Source of the DNA: a virus
Taxonomy: Duplodnaviria; Caudoviricetes
DNA: 64,000 nt
Reading direction: 5' to 3' (one strand)
Virus record (IMG/VR): IMGVR_UViG_3300032225_002102
Location: 65,292-129,291 of that record
Part shown: piece after piece, positions 52,901-63,500 of the stretch
Layout of the letters: every line of letters begins with the position of its first letter
Numbering within the stretch: the stretch's first letter is position 1
Translations under genes and position numbers: made by a program
The notes under the pieces: model-generated
The model's database searches: none
What the model was told of the DNA's origin: nothing
What the model saw: the letters and a program-made list of their open reading frames with translations, nothing else

Positions 52901-55900
52901 TTATTCAAAGGAATATTAACATTATATAATGGTTCTTTAGTAATAGGATCTGTTGCTAAAAATTCATAATCTTGACCTGAACCTCCAGTAAGTTTTAATC
53001 CCTCTATTAATCCATCAAAAAAGTATTTATAATCAGGTATTTGTTTTATAACTTCTCCTTTTTCATTTTTTACTTGCTTAAATAATTCTTTAACTGCTAA
53101 TTCTTTACCATTAATATTTCTACTCTTTTTTAATTCTTCATAAAGTTTAACTAATTCATCAGCAGATAACTTTTCTTCTTTTGTTAATATTCCTCGTTTA
53201 TCAAATATTTTAATTGAAATATCTCCAGTTAATTCATTTGATAAGATTTCTATATTTTGAGTAGGTGTTGTAATTTTTACTTTACCTTGTGGATTTTGCA
53301 CTTGTTCTCCAAAATAATCAGCATCAATTGCATTAGCAAAAGTATATTTACTATTTAATTCATCTGCAAAATCAAAATCAGTATCTTTTTTAATTACATT
53401 ATTATTATCATCGAGTATTTCTTTAAATGGTAAAATATTATGTTGTGAAGTTTTTAATGCTGAAGGAGGTATAATAGTATCAATTTCATAAGCTTTTCCT
53501 CTATAAACCCATATAGATTCTTCTCCTTCAATTTGCATTTTACGATAACCATTTAAAAACATTCTTTGAGAATAGTTAATTAAATTTTTATCTAATAATC
53601 TTGGTTTCCATTCTTTAAATACTTTATTAGTATTATCCCAAATAATTTCTCTTGTATTACCTTCTGTTTGAAATGTTCTTCCATATTTATCTACTACAAT
53701 AATATTATTATCAAAAGTAAATTCATTTCCATTTACTGAAGTAGGTTGTATAATAGTTCCAACAGAAGTACTTTTAATTGTTAATGTTGGATTTAAACCT
53801 ACTTTAACAGCTTGTTCTCCATTAGCAGCAAGAGGTTTTAAAGCAGAAAGAAATGAATCTGAATTAACCATTTCATCCCACTCTTCAGGTGTTAAATCTA
53901 CACCTTGTTCTGTTTTATCTAAAAGATCTGATACTCTTTTTGTTAATTTAGTTGTTCCATGTAAAATCTTTCTTAATCCTTTTGGAGTGGATTTCATAGC
54001 TCCATCAGCATGTTTAATGTTTTTCTTATCGTTATCAGATACAGCTAAAGGTTCTTCAATAATAGCGTATGTTATTTGATCAATACTATCATAAATTCCT
54101 AATGATTCATTTTTAATACTTGTTTTAGTACTTAATGTAGCACCAGCAAACATACGACTTCTTTTATATGCTTCTGAAGAAGTTAATTTAAAATTAAAAT
54201 TATGAGAACCATATCTCATTCTATTAGCCATAGTACTACCTAACCAATAGTTAAATAAAGCAGTTTTTAATTTATTTTCTGTAGTTGCTTTTGGGTTAAA
54301 TAATTCAACATTAGTTGTATTTTTACCTAATGTATCATTTCCTTTTGATTTATCTCTAAAAGCATGAGGTAATTTATCTAATAAACCTTGTTTTTTTACC
54401 CATTGATACTCTTCTTCTAGAAATTTAGTAACAGTATTAAAATCAATATCATCAATATTTAATTCTTTACCTGTCAAAGCTGCAATTAATAGATCATTAT
54501 TTATAAAAGGTTCTACTTCAGGTGAAAACTTTAACCCTTTAAAACCCTCTTCACCTGCTTTATAATACTCCGTAGATACAATTATACCCTCAGTTTCTAC
54601 TTCAAGTTTTTCTCTAGTAAATTTTCCTACATTATATCCTTCATAAACATTTTGATATTCTTTTAATTTATATAAATCATTTCTTGTAATTTCATTACCA
54701 TCTGTTATTTTTAGTTCTTCTAATTGATTTTTAAGATTTAAATGATTTTCTTGTATTTTATCATATTCTGTTTTGATTAATTTAAAAACATGATTTTTTG
54801 CTTCTTCTGAAAGTTTTTTATTATTATAAGAATTTTTATCAAACGGAATCATCAAATAATCAATTTGTTTTGATGCTTCATTGTGTCCTAAAGATACAGG
54901 TACAAATAAATATTCTTTTCCGTTTATTGTTACACTTTTAGCATTTTCTGATAATAATATAAGATTTGTTAATGCATATTCTGCAGCACCCATATCATTC
55001 AATGCTAATATATTTTTTTCAGTATATTCTGAATCTTTCTCAATTAAAAATCCATCTTTTGTTTTATAAGAATAAGATTTAATTTGCGTTGTATCTAATG
55101 TAAGCAATTTAATCTGTTCCAATAATTTAGGTTCTAATACACCATTTATTGAAATCATATCATTTAATGGATTTTCTTCTTTAAAAGAATCTAATATTGT
55201 ACTTTTAATAACACTTCCATCAGTTTTAATAGCAATTACTCCTCCTTCTTTCATTTTTTTAAAATCTTTTTCAGATTTAAAACCTGATGCAAATTTTAAA
55301 GTAAAAGTTGGATTTTGATGAAGATAAATTGAATTGTTATTTCCATCTTTATAAGAAGTTTCAATTACTCTTTCATCATATTCTATATTACCATCAGCAA
55401 TAAAATTAAAGAATGAATTAAAATCTTTATCATCATTTGCTAATTTTGTATTTTCTGTTGTTAAATCATCCGCTTCATAAAATTCAACATAATCTGAACT
55501 TTCTTTAAGAAAATCATTAATAAATTTCATTTTAGCAAATAAAGTATCTAATACAAACTCTTGTTTATTTAAAAGTTTTGCATTTTTTCCTTTTATTAAA
55601 TCAGTAATAAAATTAAAAAGATATTCTCCACTTACATCTATACCTAATAAATTTAAAAGATTATTATATTCTGTTGCAATTCCAATTACATCTTGTTCTA
55701 ATTTAATTAATTTAATTTTGTTTTCTAATTTTATAAAACTATCATTAAATTCAGATTTATAAACTTCAAATTCTTTTTTAAATTGTAATTCACGATAATT
55801 AGAATTCCAAAAGTTTTTCTGATTATTTCTTTTTGAACTTGATTCTACATCAGATACTTTTGCCCATCCATTTTCAATATCTATTTCTGTACGATATACA

Positions 55901-57594
55901 CTTCGAGTAGCTAAGTTAAACCCTCTCAAAGATAATAAAAATCTTTGAACGTGTAATGGTTTAGCTTCAGTATTAAGTATCTCTGATAAAGGCTTATCTC
56001 CTGTTAATTGATTTATTATTTTCTTTTTATTTTCATCAGAAATATCAACTATAACATCTTTTAATAAAGCGTTAATAAATGTTCTAGTATTTTCATTATC
56101 TTGCCTACCTTTAATTTTTTGAACATTTTCATTGTATAATGAAAGTTCAATTAATTTGCTCAATCTTTCATTTTCATTATATGTATTAGATAATTTACGT
56201 ACAATAGCAGAATAAATCATTTTTTCATCTGCTATTTCAAGAATATCTATTTTAGTACCTACTACATCATTTTCATTTATTACATTTCCATCGAGATCTG
56301 TTACTATTGAATCTCTATCCATATAAGCAATAGTTTTTCCAGTATTATCAATAAATAAACTACTTTGTATTTTACCAGTAGTGTTCATTAATATTTGAAG
56401 TTCTTTACTTCTACTTTCTAAAGATTGTTGATTAGCATTTTCATCATAATTTTGTGTTTTACCTTTTTCATCTTCTTCATTTTCATCATTATCAAAAATA
56501 GTTTTATTAGCTTCAATTTGTTCTTGAATTTCTTCAGTTAAATTAGAATCCTTTTTTTCTAATAATTCTAATAAATCAACTAATGTATTTTGTTTTAATT
56601 CATCTTCTTCTAAATTTGCTTGTTGTTCAAGAAATTCAGAATATTTTTCAATAGCTAAATCAATTATTGAATCTTTATTGACTTCTATTCCTTCTGATTC
56701 ATATATGTTTTTAGCTAATACAGCTATTGATTTTTTCATTTGAGAAATCTCATCTGAAGGAATACTTTTGTTTTCTGAATTATAATATAATCTAAAAGAA
56801 GGAATTACATTATCATTATTATTTACAATCTTATTGTTTTTATATTCTCCTCTTGAAATTTTATCGAATAAAGCTAATATTTCTGTTTCGTTTGAGGTAA
56901 GATTAAATAAAGCTTTAATTTTTTCATATAATCTATGAAGTAATTCAGCTACTTTTTGTGCATTTTTACCTAAGAATGAAAGTTTCTTTGTTAAACTATT
57001 TATTCTGTTTTGTGAATATCTATTTGATTTACCTTCTGAATTATAATAATTTACAAAATCTTTTACTATTTCTTCTTCAAAAGCATATTGTTCTAATACT
57101 TCATTACTTATATTAGGAAATTTATTTTGTAATTCTTTAATGTACTCATTAAAAGATTTTTTTTCTGTTTTTAATCTTTGTGTAAGTAATTCTCTACCAG
57201 CATTATACATTAGTGATTTTTCATCATTATCCATTAATGTTTGAATAATAGCATGAAATGCTTCTTCTGCTAATTCGTTTTTACTAATTTTATCTCTAAA
57301 GAAAAATGTTTTTTTATAAAAAGCAGCAGTACCTTGAATATCAAATCCTTTAGATTTTAAAGCATTTAAAGTATCAAACTCATATTGATTTGCTGGTACT
57401 AATTTATCAAGAAAAGATTTAATTTGTTCAATTGAATAACTAGACGTTTGTTCACTTTCAGAATAACTTTCATAATCAGGTAAAAAATATCCATTTTGTA
57501 CAAATACTTTGTACATATTTTCTTTACCAATTGAATCAATCCATTTTTTAACATCAGGATGATTTATATTTAAACATAATGATTTATCAAACAT
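46921..57594 (-). CDS. Virion-packaged two-barrel RNA polymerase (crAss type) with degenerate zincin N-domain and C-terminal accessory domains including NADAR
   Basis: GVRIPSQ and GSDFDIDK (52225-52239, about aa 1786); ADGA; EEAFH; NADAR at 47383-47817. Confidence 0.92.
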   Translation of the reverse strand: MFDKSLCLNINHPDVKKWIDSIGKENMYKVFVQNGYFLPDYESYSESEQTSSYSIEQIKSFLDKLVPANQYEFDTLNALKSKGFDIQGTAAFYKKTFFFRDKISKNELAEEAFHAIIQTLMDNDEKSLMYNAGRELLTQRLKTEKKSFNEYIKELQNKFPNISNEVLEQYAFEEEIVKDFVNYYNSEGKSNRYSQNRINSLTKKLSFLGKNAQKVAELLHRLYEKIKALFNLTSNETEILALFDKISRGEYKNNKIVNNNDNVIPSFRLYYNSENKSIPSDEISQMKKSIAVLAKNIYESEGIEVNKDSIIDLAIEKYSEFLEQQANLEEDELKQNTLVDLLELLEKKDSNLTEEIQEQIEANKTIFDNDENEEDEKGKTQNYDENANQQSLESRSKELQILMNTTGKIQSSLFIDNTGKTIAYMDRDSIVTDLDGNVINENDVVGTKIDILEIADEKMIYSAIVRKLSNTYNENERLSKLIELSLYNENVQKIKGRQDNENTRTFINALLKDVIVDISDENKKKIINQLTGDKPLSEILNTEAKPLHVQRFLLSLRGFNLATRSVYRTEIDIENGWAKVSDVESSSKRNNQKNFWNSNYRELQFKKEFEVYKSEFNDSFIKLENKIKLIKLEQDVIGIATEYNNLLNLLGIDVSGEYLFNFITDLIKGKNAKLLNKQEFVLDTLFAKMKFINDFLKESSDYVEFYEADDLTTENTKLANDDKDFNSFFNFIADGNIEYDERVIETSYKDGNNNSIYLHQNPTFTLKFASGFKSEKDFKKMKEGGVIAIKTDGSVIKSTILDSFKEENPLNDMISINGVLEPKLLEQIKLLTLDTTQIKSYSYKTKDGFLIEKDSEYTEKNILALNDMGAAEYALTNLILLSENAKSVTINGKEYLFVPVSLGHNEASKQIDYLMIPFDKNSYNNKKLSEEAKNHVFKLIKTEYDKIQENHLNLKNQLEELKITDGNEITRNDLYKLKEYQNVYEGYNVGKFTREKLEVETEGIIVSTEYYKAGEEGFKGLKFSPEVEPFINNDLLIAALTGKELNIDDIDFNTVTKFLEEEYQWVKKQGLLDKLPHAFRDKSKGNDTLGKNTTNVELFNPKATTENKLKTALFNYWLGSTMANRMRYGSHNFNFKLTSSEAYKRSRMFAGATLSTKTSIKNESLGIYDSIDQITYAIIEEPLAVSDNDKKNIKHADGAMKSTPKGLRKILHGTTKLTKRVSDLLDKTEQGVDLTPEEWDEMVNSDSFLSALKPLAANGEQAVKVGLNPTLTIKSTSVGTIIQPTSVNGNEFTFDNNIIVVDKYGRTFQTEGNTREIIWDNTNKVFKEWKPRLLDKNLINYSQRMFLNGYRKMQIEGEESIWVYRGKAYEIDTIIPPSALKTSQHNILPFKEILDDNNNVIKKDTDFDFADELNSKYTFANAIDADYFGEQVQNPQGKVKITTPTQNIEILSNELTGDISIKIFDKRGILTKEEKLSADELVKLYEELKKSRNINGKELAVKELFKQVKNEKGEVIKQIPDYKYFFDGLIEGLKLTGGSGQDYEFLATDPITKEPLYNVNIPLNKDKMIQSVVKHFSTGVLSHKVAGNAYVLASDHGVRVLKKLIPIKENGVIVDYTWEVINNKTKGYDQIIIENKPEDLSDLIYDHRDWYLEQKRKEKSKSKKVKQSKTKSKSEFHMYFESPEMQARIANGDEIYFSDSLRYMKKSYIKQGDNYVFNTWVSEAMMPKLNGKQTSIMDSIRFALGVRIPSQDKQSSINIEWVDFLDDTIGNTIVVPKEIVQIAGSDFDIDKVFSTQYEGYWENGEFIKYEDTFQDYKKWIFKSSKAAKLALKEKLTNDPVYNTILEDVKNNKILLKEQRKYLKPYFEILKPEVNRAFDKINELQNSKQELLDRATVLFNRLSGLSENLPDNIKELQTEIKSYYDKLKETKNKEEREILYQEKENLQFELSDAFQDFYKDKKDLNTRDLTAELKANKSTRKSINEQIEYIYKNIEEYKTKNKDFLNNVNFYFELKDKDLLLESQKEFIREKYYEETLKQFDLISTKEEFQEKSKILKKVHKNDFLNNSLNNAVLNNKILDLQRAMLTSDSVLFGDVKNPARGTGDISMDLSLIEDLQENSKIFYSKSKSLEEIEKIYNNGEVEGSVKIVPTLNGYDVYPFQRIINGKETDLLNIEKNKSIPHNSISTHSNYQQGTIIARQGIGIVVNGALVAIVANRIGLSLSSKFKFNYNGNPVKFGYTNHLQERVFSVKNTLTSTTTDEAKEEQLKRHGIKGDDLNVIDLLTSLEFSLDEAIAIVNSKIVKKYKDSVSKNKIESRAEKNKKLTQEEREFNVLVQNLKITNQVNLTEQKIFESLYNDDKDILATYLKVGDMSKEISKLAKLIKGKKGYTKGNLSELTDVITTAVELGLINKDEVTVQISDKNTTNFFNWESLKNSDKALDIKSFVKITEDLVNDNLSQMFIEYESISKKLKNAVLINTNKKDDTDLQSKIEKDVNSFLIIQLLKMNVNPNNSYIIDFLNFNRLNPLSGEENFLDKFFENKSKKGYDLLKHIIGIKGKVNTLKNSETLDSLRLASLSKLNPAQQDNIRNLFLEMYTSPNEKEKQFAKDLFAYFILKDGLQFRQYNISKIFPTIMFREISKVLDNFKQLKELSEKEESVMTAKFKSLWFSDIKNKKHRLKIKDSPDTEILKVYRFQNNVKVELDSNLLQINQPPLYLEINKNGEERDYTKIGVDTKDTGNGLKLTLPQYIDYRGASYKRIFPNNKIEVSIGKKSYSLSIKEIESEIDNAEKYELITNDGRVIFTVIQSGDDYRIYNTNEELIEGTLDFSKLPDPNIITYMREPYYGSTITDLTIDAGLIPATTEVNSKKDTTKSEEENRSKLEDLINQLEQEGTKTGYIQFYKNLLSNRYSPNFDKGYNEGMNNQNEEIQNITDEIYSKLEKKTQSLNVVLPKDLGLVYNSKTFWSEFFPEFKANYGDQVIVAYRGNSTKSFAENFRSNGVVQRPVTIGNPFDIKEETGTAKEKGIKATKKFIDWLITGNNYDIVSATAEYRNLIINNIKNGELKGRPIGYYEEKNYATHATALDYLINEYDWNSNVNINFKPFKVETKVQIDAEKAPFKSERANGGFIGFGRNNSSTEFYAEQYQNRNAPVNPSVYEIGKTYFASINGGTSYTEKDFTNRDKAFQEIVKALNSGAFVLLDSKSYIDKGKGYNKLGEGWIHDELNKLGFKNTDSTINPDVTKWENPNINQAQPASVVDKSNKINIYAGTGENAELSNFAERPVTIGDQTFRTPEGAFQAMKIWFTNAVLLNTPASKENLKIVEQLKNASGSQAKALGRKITDLSQATWDRDSSGIMKNILTLSFKQNPNALTKLLATGDATLTHTQDKTKWGKEFPKLLMEVREELKVVSTETSNIQGTQSEVVGDISQEQLKLLQELQEVEARLETFLDTTDGIFYRYFKNGGRIKPESFDNLIDKNKRSTATNGAYIRKDGMSYDTLARAAYAMVNREETADDKAVVNLEEFILNYPNTWQTPYDNLKNNKKQIESELEILKTKGCQ

Positions 57595-57595
57595 A

Positions 57596-60500
57596 TTACT
57601 TACAGTTAATTGTATATTGTTTTGCTATTTCTTCTACTTCTTTATTATCTATTATTGCTCTAAAATTAGGAATATCTTTATCAGGATTTTCTGTTTTTTC
57701 TTCATAGTTTTTTACTGATATTGTATTAAAATATGATTTAAGATTATCTCTTAATTTTTTCTTTTCTAAAGCTTTAGTATCTGGTGATTTCAACTCTTCA
57801 AATTTACGTAAAATTTCTAATGTATCACTTTTATTTTTAAATTTATCTTGAAGATCACTCCATACAACACCTTCTTTACCAACACCTACATCACTTAAAC
57901 CTGTTAAATTATTCCAACCTAATATTTCTATTTTTTCAATATCTTTTTGTAAATCTTTTAATTCAGTTTCAACAATTTCTTCAAATTGATCTTTATATTT
58001 TAAATAGATTAATCTTTCTTCTAGACTTAAATTAAATTCTGCTTTAGTACCAGATTTTATTTCTAAGTAAAGTTTTATAGCAGTTTCTCTTTCAAATGGA
58101 TCAGGTTGTGCTTTTGATATATTCAATTCCATATCAACAAGATCTTTCATTTCTTGAGTTAAAGTAGCTGCTAAAAAAGTTTGATCTTCAGGGCTAATCC
58201 TTGTTAAATCTATATTTCTTTTTCGTATTTCTTTAAATAGTTCTATAGCTCGTTTTTTATTTGCTTCATTTTCTGCTAAACTATCAATAAAATCTTTTGC
58301 TGGAGCAGGTGGAGCAGGTTTTTTAACAGGATTTTTTGCTTTAGGGTTTTTTGTTACTTTCTTTGCTTTTGGTTTTACAGCTTTTTCAGGTATCAGTGAT
58401 CCTGGAATAATTGTTCCACCTTGCTTTTCTTTAAACTTTAATCTAAAACCAACATTTTGAAATACTGATGTTTCATTATTTACATTTGGAATTGAATAAG
58501 TACCATCTAATAATTTAGTAGGTGTAGCAGCTATTTTTTCTATAATTGAAAAATTATGAAGTTGTTTTAAAAATTTTGAATAAGGTAAAGTTTTATCTTT
58601 TTCTAGTTTCTCTTTAAAGCTTTTAGCTATAAAAGGTTGTCTATTAGGTTTAAATTTTCCAGATAATAAATCTGCCATTTCATCATAAGTTACATTATTT
58701 AAATAATAATCAACAGATGTTTTAACTCCATCTATATAATAAAACACTAAAAATTTAACACTATAAGATTTTTTTCCATCATCATCTTTTTCAAGAATAT
58801 CTATCTTAATACTATTACCTTCTTTATTTTTATCATAAGCAAAAAACAAATATTTATTTTTTATATTTTCAACAACACCTGTTGTTAATTCACGACTATC
58901 TTTATCAAAAAGTTCATTTTCTAAATTTAAATTGTTTTCAATATCTATAGCTCTAGCATTATATTTTCTTAATTCAATATGTTTAATAAATATTTCTCCT
59001 GATTCAGTACTAAATATAGTAAAGTAAGTACCTTTATCTATTAAAATATCATAAAATGTAGGAGTTTTTTCTTTTAATTGATCTAATTTATTTTTTATTT
59101 GTTGTTCATAGTATTCAAATTCTTTTATTGTAAATCCTTCAACATTTTCAGGAATTATTCTACCATCTTTTTCATCAATTTGAAATATAGGATTTTTCCA
59201 TTTACCAATATAGTTAAATGATAAATCTTCTGTAAATTTAGTCTCTCCAAATTTACCTTCTTTATTAGGATTCATTCCATTCGCATAAGGATCAAGTTCA
59301 TATAAAGATTTGAATGCATTTAACATTTTTGAATCTTCTGTATTATAAAGAGTATCGTATTTTTCTTTTTGTGTTTTTAGAATGTTTACAAAATCTGTAT
59401 AATTTTCTCTTAACTGTAATAGTGGTTGTGTTGTTGTTTTTTGAGTTATTTCATTATATACTTCTACTGATATTTCGTTTAATAATTTATATAATGTAGG
59501 ATCTAAAAAAGAATCAATTGCTTCTAATAAAAATACTGCAGTTGTATATTTAGATAATTTTGCAATTATTTCATCACGATTTGGTAAATCTTTAAATAGT
59601 TCTTCTTGATATGATAAAATAAAAGGTACATCTATATATAAATTTTCTGGAGATTGAACTAACATTAAATAATTACCTTTATCATCTGTAATTTCAATTC
59701 CATTTTCTGCTGTTTTTCTTGCTAAAGCTTTATCAAATTGAAGATTAACAATAGTTCCTCGAATATCTTTTTTAGGTAATATTTTATCTATTTTTCTTAA
59801 TTTTAAAGTATTTAAATCTATACTAGAATCAGGATTTGTTAGTTTATCTTGAATTAAATTAGAAATTAAACTTACATGAGTTTTAAAAACTTCTTCATTT
59901 TCTTCAATATATTCAACTTCATTATCTTTATTTGTAAAAATAATACTTTCTAAAATTTTTGATTTTATACTACCTTTTTTAGTATAATCTTCTATAGGAA
60001 TATTATCTTCTGGATTAGCAACTTTTTTAGCTTCTAAATCATTTAATAAAGGTTTTATAATTACATTGTATCTTCTATATATTTTATTATATTCTTTTAA
60101 TACTTTTTCTGATAATTTTTCTTTTAATAATTTCTCTTCGTCTATAATACCATCTTTTTTAAATTCATCAATATTAGGAATTATTTTTCTTAATTCTTTT
60201 AGTTCTTCTTCTCGTAAATAAGTTATTTCTTTTACTAACTCTTCTATTGTTTTATTAGAAGGAGTATTTTGTAATATTAATAATTCTTCATCAATATAAT
60301 TATTGTAAAGATACCTATTCGTACCATTTAGTAATTCTTCTACTGTAGCATCTAACGGTATTATTTCATCAACATCATTGTTTACTTCATCTTCATCAAG
60401 TCTTTTTTTCCATTTATCATATAAATCTTTTTCTATAACTTTATATATATCACTTTCAATAGTTGTTAAATCATCTGTTATCGCTATTAGATCTTTTAAA

Positions 60501-63500
60501 TTATTTAATCTAATTATTTTACGATCTATATCAGTTTCATTAGGTTTTATATTGTTTAAAACAACAACTAACTTATTATTCTCATCATATTTTAATTTAT
60601 ATATAAATGGTTCACTACCAAATTTTACCTTTGATGGAATTGGTTTAAACTTTTCTCTATCTTTAAAACTATCAAATTTACCTGTAAAGCTTTGTAATTT
60701 ATAAGTTATAGGAATAACAATAATATTTATATCAGGAACATATCCAAATGTATCTTTAAATAATCTTGAATAAGCGGTTTGTTGTTTTGTCCATTTTTCT
60801 TGATAAGATTCTCCATAACGTTTAGATTCTATACTATCAATTGTTGCTTTTGATGAATTTTCAGATTTAGTTTTAAAATCATATATATAAACTTTACCTT
60901 TACTATTTACAACAACCATATCTAATATTCCTGCAATACCATCCCATTCTCCATTTTTAAAATCAGAATGTACAAAAATATTATCTGTTATAAAAACAAG
61001 ATTATTATCTTTTAAATCTATTTGTATTTGTTTTTTTATAGCTAAAAATCTTGTTTTACTCCCTTCAAATAAATCTTTTACATCTATTTGTGATAGTTGA
61101 TTATAATCTTTTCTCTTTTTTAATTCATTTTCAAACTGTTCTTGAGTTAAATTAGGATTATTATAATATAATCTAGCAAAAGTATCAAAATAGTTACCAA
61201 CAACAACAGCGTTCATTAGATTAGTTACTGTATCTGTATTATCAAAAATATCACCTTTTTGAAAGAAGTTAGTAACTCTTTGATATAATTTACCTAAAAA
61301 AGAATAATGAGATTCTTTAACTTTTTCTGGTTTTGTTAACGTTGCTTTTATTAATGCTTCATCTATTAGAACTGCTTTTTTTCCATCTTCTATTAACTTA
61401 TTTATTTTGCTAATAGAATCTATTTGTTCTTTAGTTAATTTAGCATTTCCATTTAAACTATTATTAATATCTTCTTCGTTAGCTACATCATCTGCACTTT
61501 TAATTATTTTTTCTATTTTTGCTATTAAAAAATCAATATTTCCTTCGTTATTTTCTCTTAATTTACTTTTTTCTTTTTGATTTTTAAGTTCCTCTTTTAT
61601 TTTTATTAAATCATCTATATATTTTTTTAATTCTAAATATTTAGAATCATTTTTTAATACAGTAATATTTTTAAGTTTTCCATTTATTTCTATTATCTTT
61701 TTTTCAATTACTAGATTGCGTAAATACTCTTCTGAGCTTGGGATGTTATCAAGAATATTTTGTGCTATTTCAAAGATTTGATGGAGTAATTTTATATTTT
61801 CTTCCTGAACTTCATTTAAATCTTTTTCATCAATTTTAATTAATTTATTATATCGAGGTTTTAAATATTCAAGTGCTTTATTAATTTTTTCCAAATCATC
61901 TTGAGTTGGATTTAAACCAACATTTTCTAAACTATTTTTAAACGTTAATAAATCTTCTTTAAATTGTAAATCTTCTTCTGATCCTTTTTTCTTTAAATTA
62001 TTTTCTTTTTCTTTTATAAATTGTGCAATATTTTTATCAATTAAATCTTTATATTCTTGAAGTTCAGCATTTTTTAATTGAAGTTCTTTCATACCTTTTA
62101 TGATTTCATTATAAAATTCTGAATCTTTAGGTAATCCTGCTTCACTCGCTTTTTGAAAAAAATATTTTATCGCTTCATTTTGTTTATTAATTTCTTTCAA
62201 TCCCTCAAAAGAACTTTGAACTATCATTCCTTGAGTTTTATATTTATCAAGTACTTCCTTTAATTTTTCTGAATCAGAATAATTTTGTACTAAATTATTA
62301 TATGTTTCAAGATGATCAGCAAGATTACTTGAAAGTATTTGGTGATCTGTAAATGTGTTAAGTATTTTATCTAATTGGTTTTGTAAATTTAAAGTACTAT
62401 CATCTTGTATTAATTCTAATTGATTAAAAGAAGAAAGAACATTATTTATTAAATCAATTACTTCTTTAACATTCTCACCTTTAAACCCATTTACTTCTGT
62501 TTCTAATTCTGTAAGAGTATCTATTTGTGCTTGTGCTCTTTCAATTAGTTGTTGTGTTTGTTCATCTATTACAGTTTCTTCTCCCTCTTTTACAACAGGA
62601 GTTGCAATTCTAATATCTGATTCAAATTGATTTTTTCTTTGTTTAATTTGATTAAGTAAACCTTCACGATTAGTACCTTGTGTTGCTAACTCTAATGCAG
62701 CAGTAATGTTAGGAGCATTAAAAAGAATTGAGTTTTTAGATTCTAAATCTTTTTTACGTTCCATCATATTTTCAGACATATAACCATGAAAAGCAAACAC
62801 CTTTTTAGCATTTTCATAAAGATCATATTCTTCTGTACCTTTTTGATATTTATTACGGAAAGTAGATAGATTTCTTTTTACTGATTTTTCAACCTTATTT
62901 ACATCTTCAATTACTTTTGAAATATATTGTTGTTTAATTCCTGGAGTTATATTTTCTAATCCAGTCATTAATTTAAATTCATCATCAGTTACATCTTCTA
63001 AAGTAGAAGTTAATTGTTCTTTGAGAATATCACTTTGACCTCTCATTACCATTGGAGCAATAGTATGGAACTTAGTAATATCTTTTAATTTATCAAAAGT
63101 TACTACTGAATTAGTTTCCTCCATTAAACCAGCACCAGTATAAGCACCTCTAACAGCTTCTATTTTAGATTGTAAATCTCCTGTAATAGAGTTTAAATTA
63201 ATTGCTTTCTGAATATCTAAAAGATCTTTTTTACCTTCTTCAATTTGTGAAGTAGTATCAATTCTAAATTGAGAACCTTCTTTCCATTGTCCTGTTAATT
63301 TTTTATATTCTTCACCAAATGTAGTATTATTTTTTGGATCACTTGCTATCTTAGAAGCTTGATATGCTAATTTACTTGTATCTAATCCTTTACTAAAAAT
63401 AGATTGTCCAGTACCTCCCATGATACCTCCAATAATATTTTGTAATCCTTCAGTTGAAATTAACTGTTCTTTAGTTTTATAAAAACTATTTGCTAATCCA

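Noticed and set aside
1963-60704. Short antisense or nested ORFs (1963-, 8490+, 10702-, 16765-, 18210-, 20048-, 27361-, 33184+, 34803+, 45705+, 48043+, 50390+, 52473+, 54881+, 59314+, 60378+)
   Set aside because: Shadow frames of real genes with biased I/F/L/S composition and no motifs
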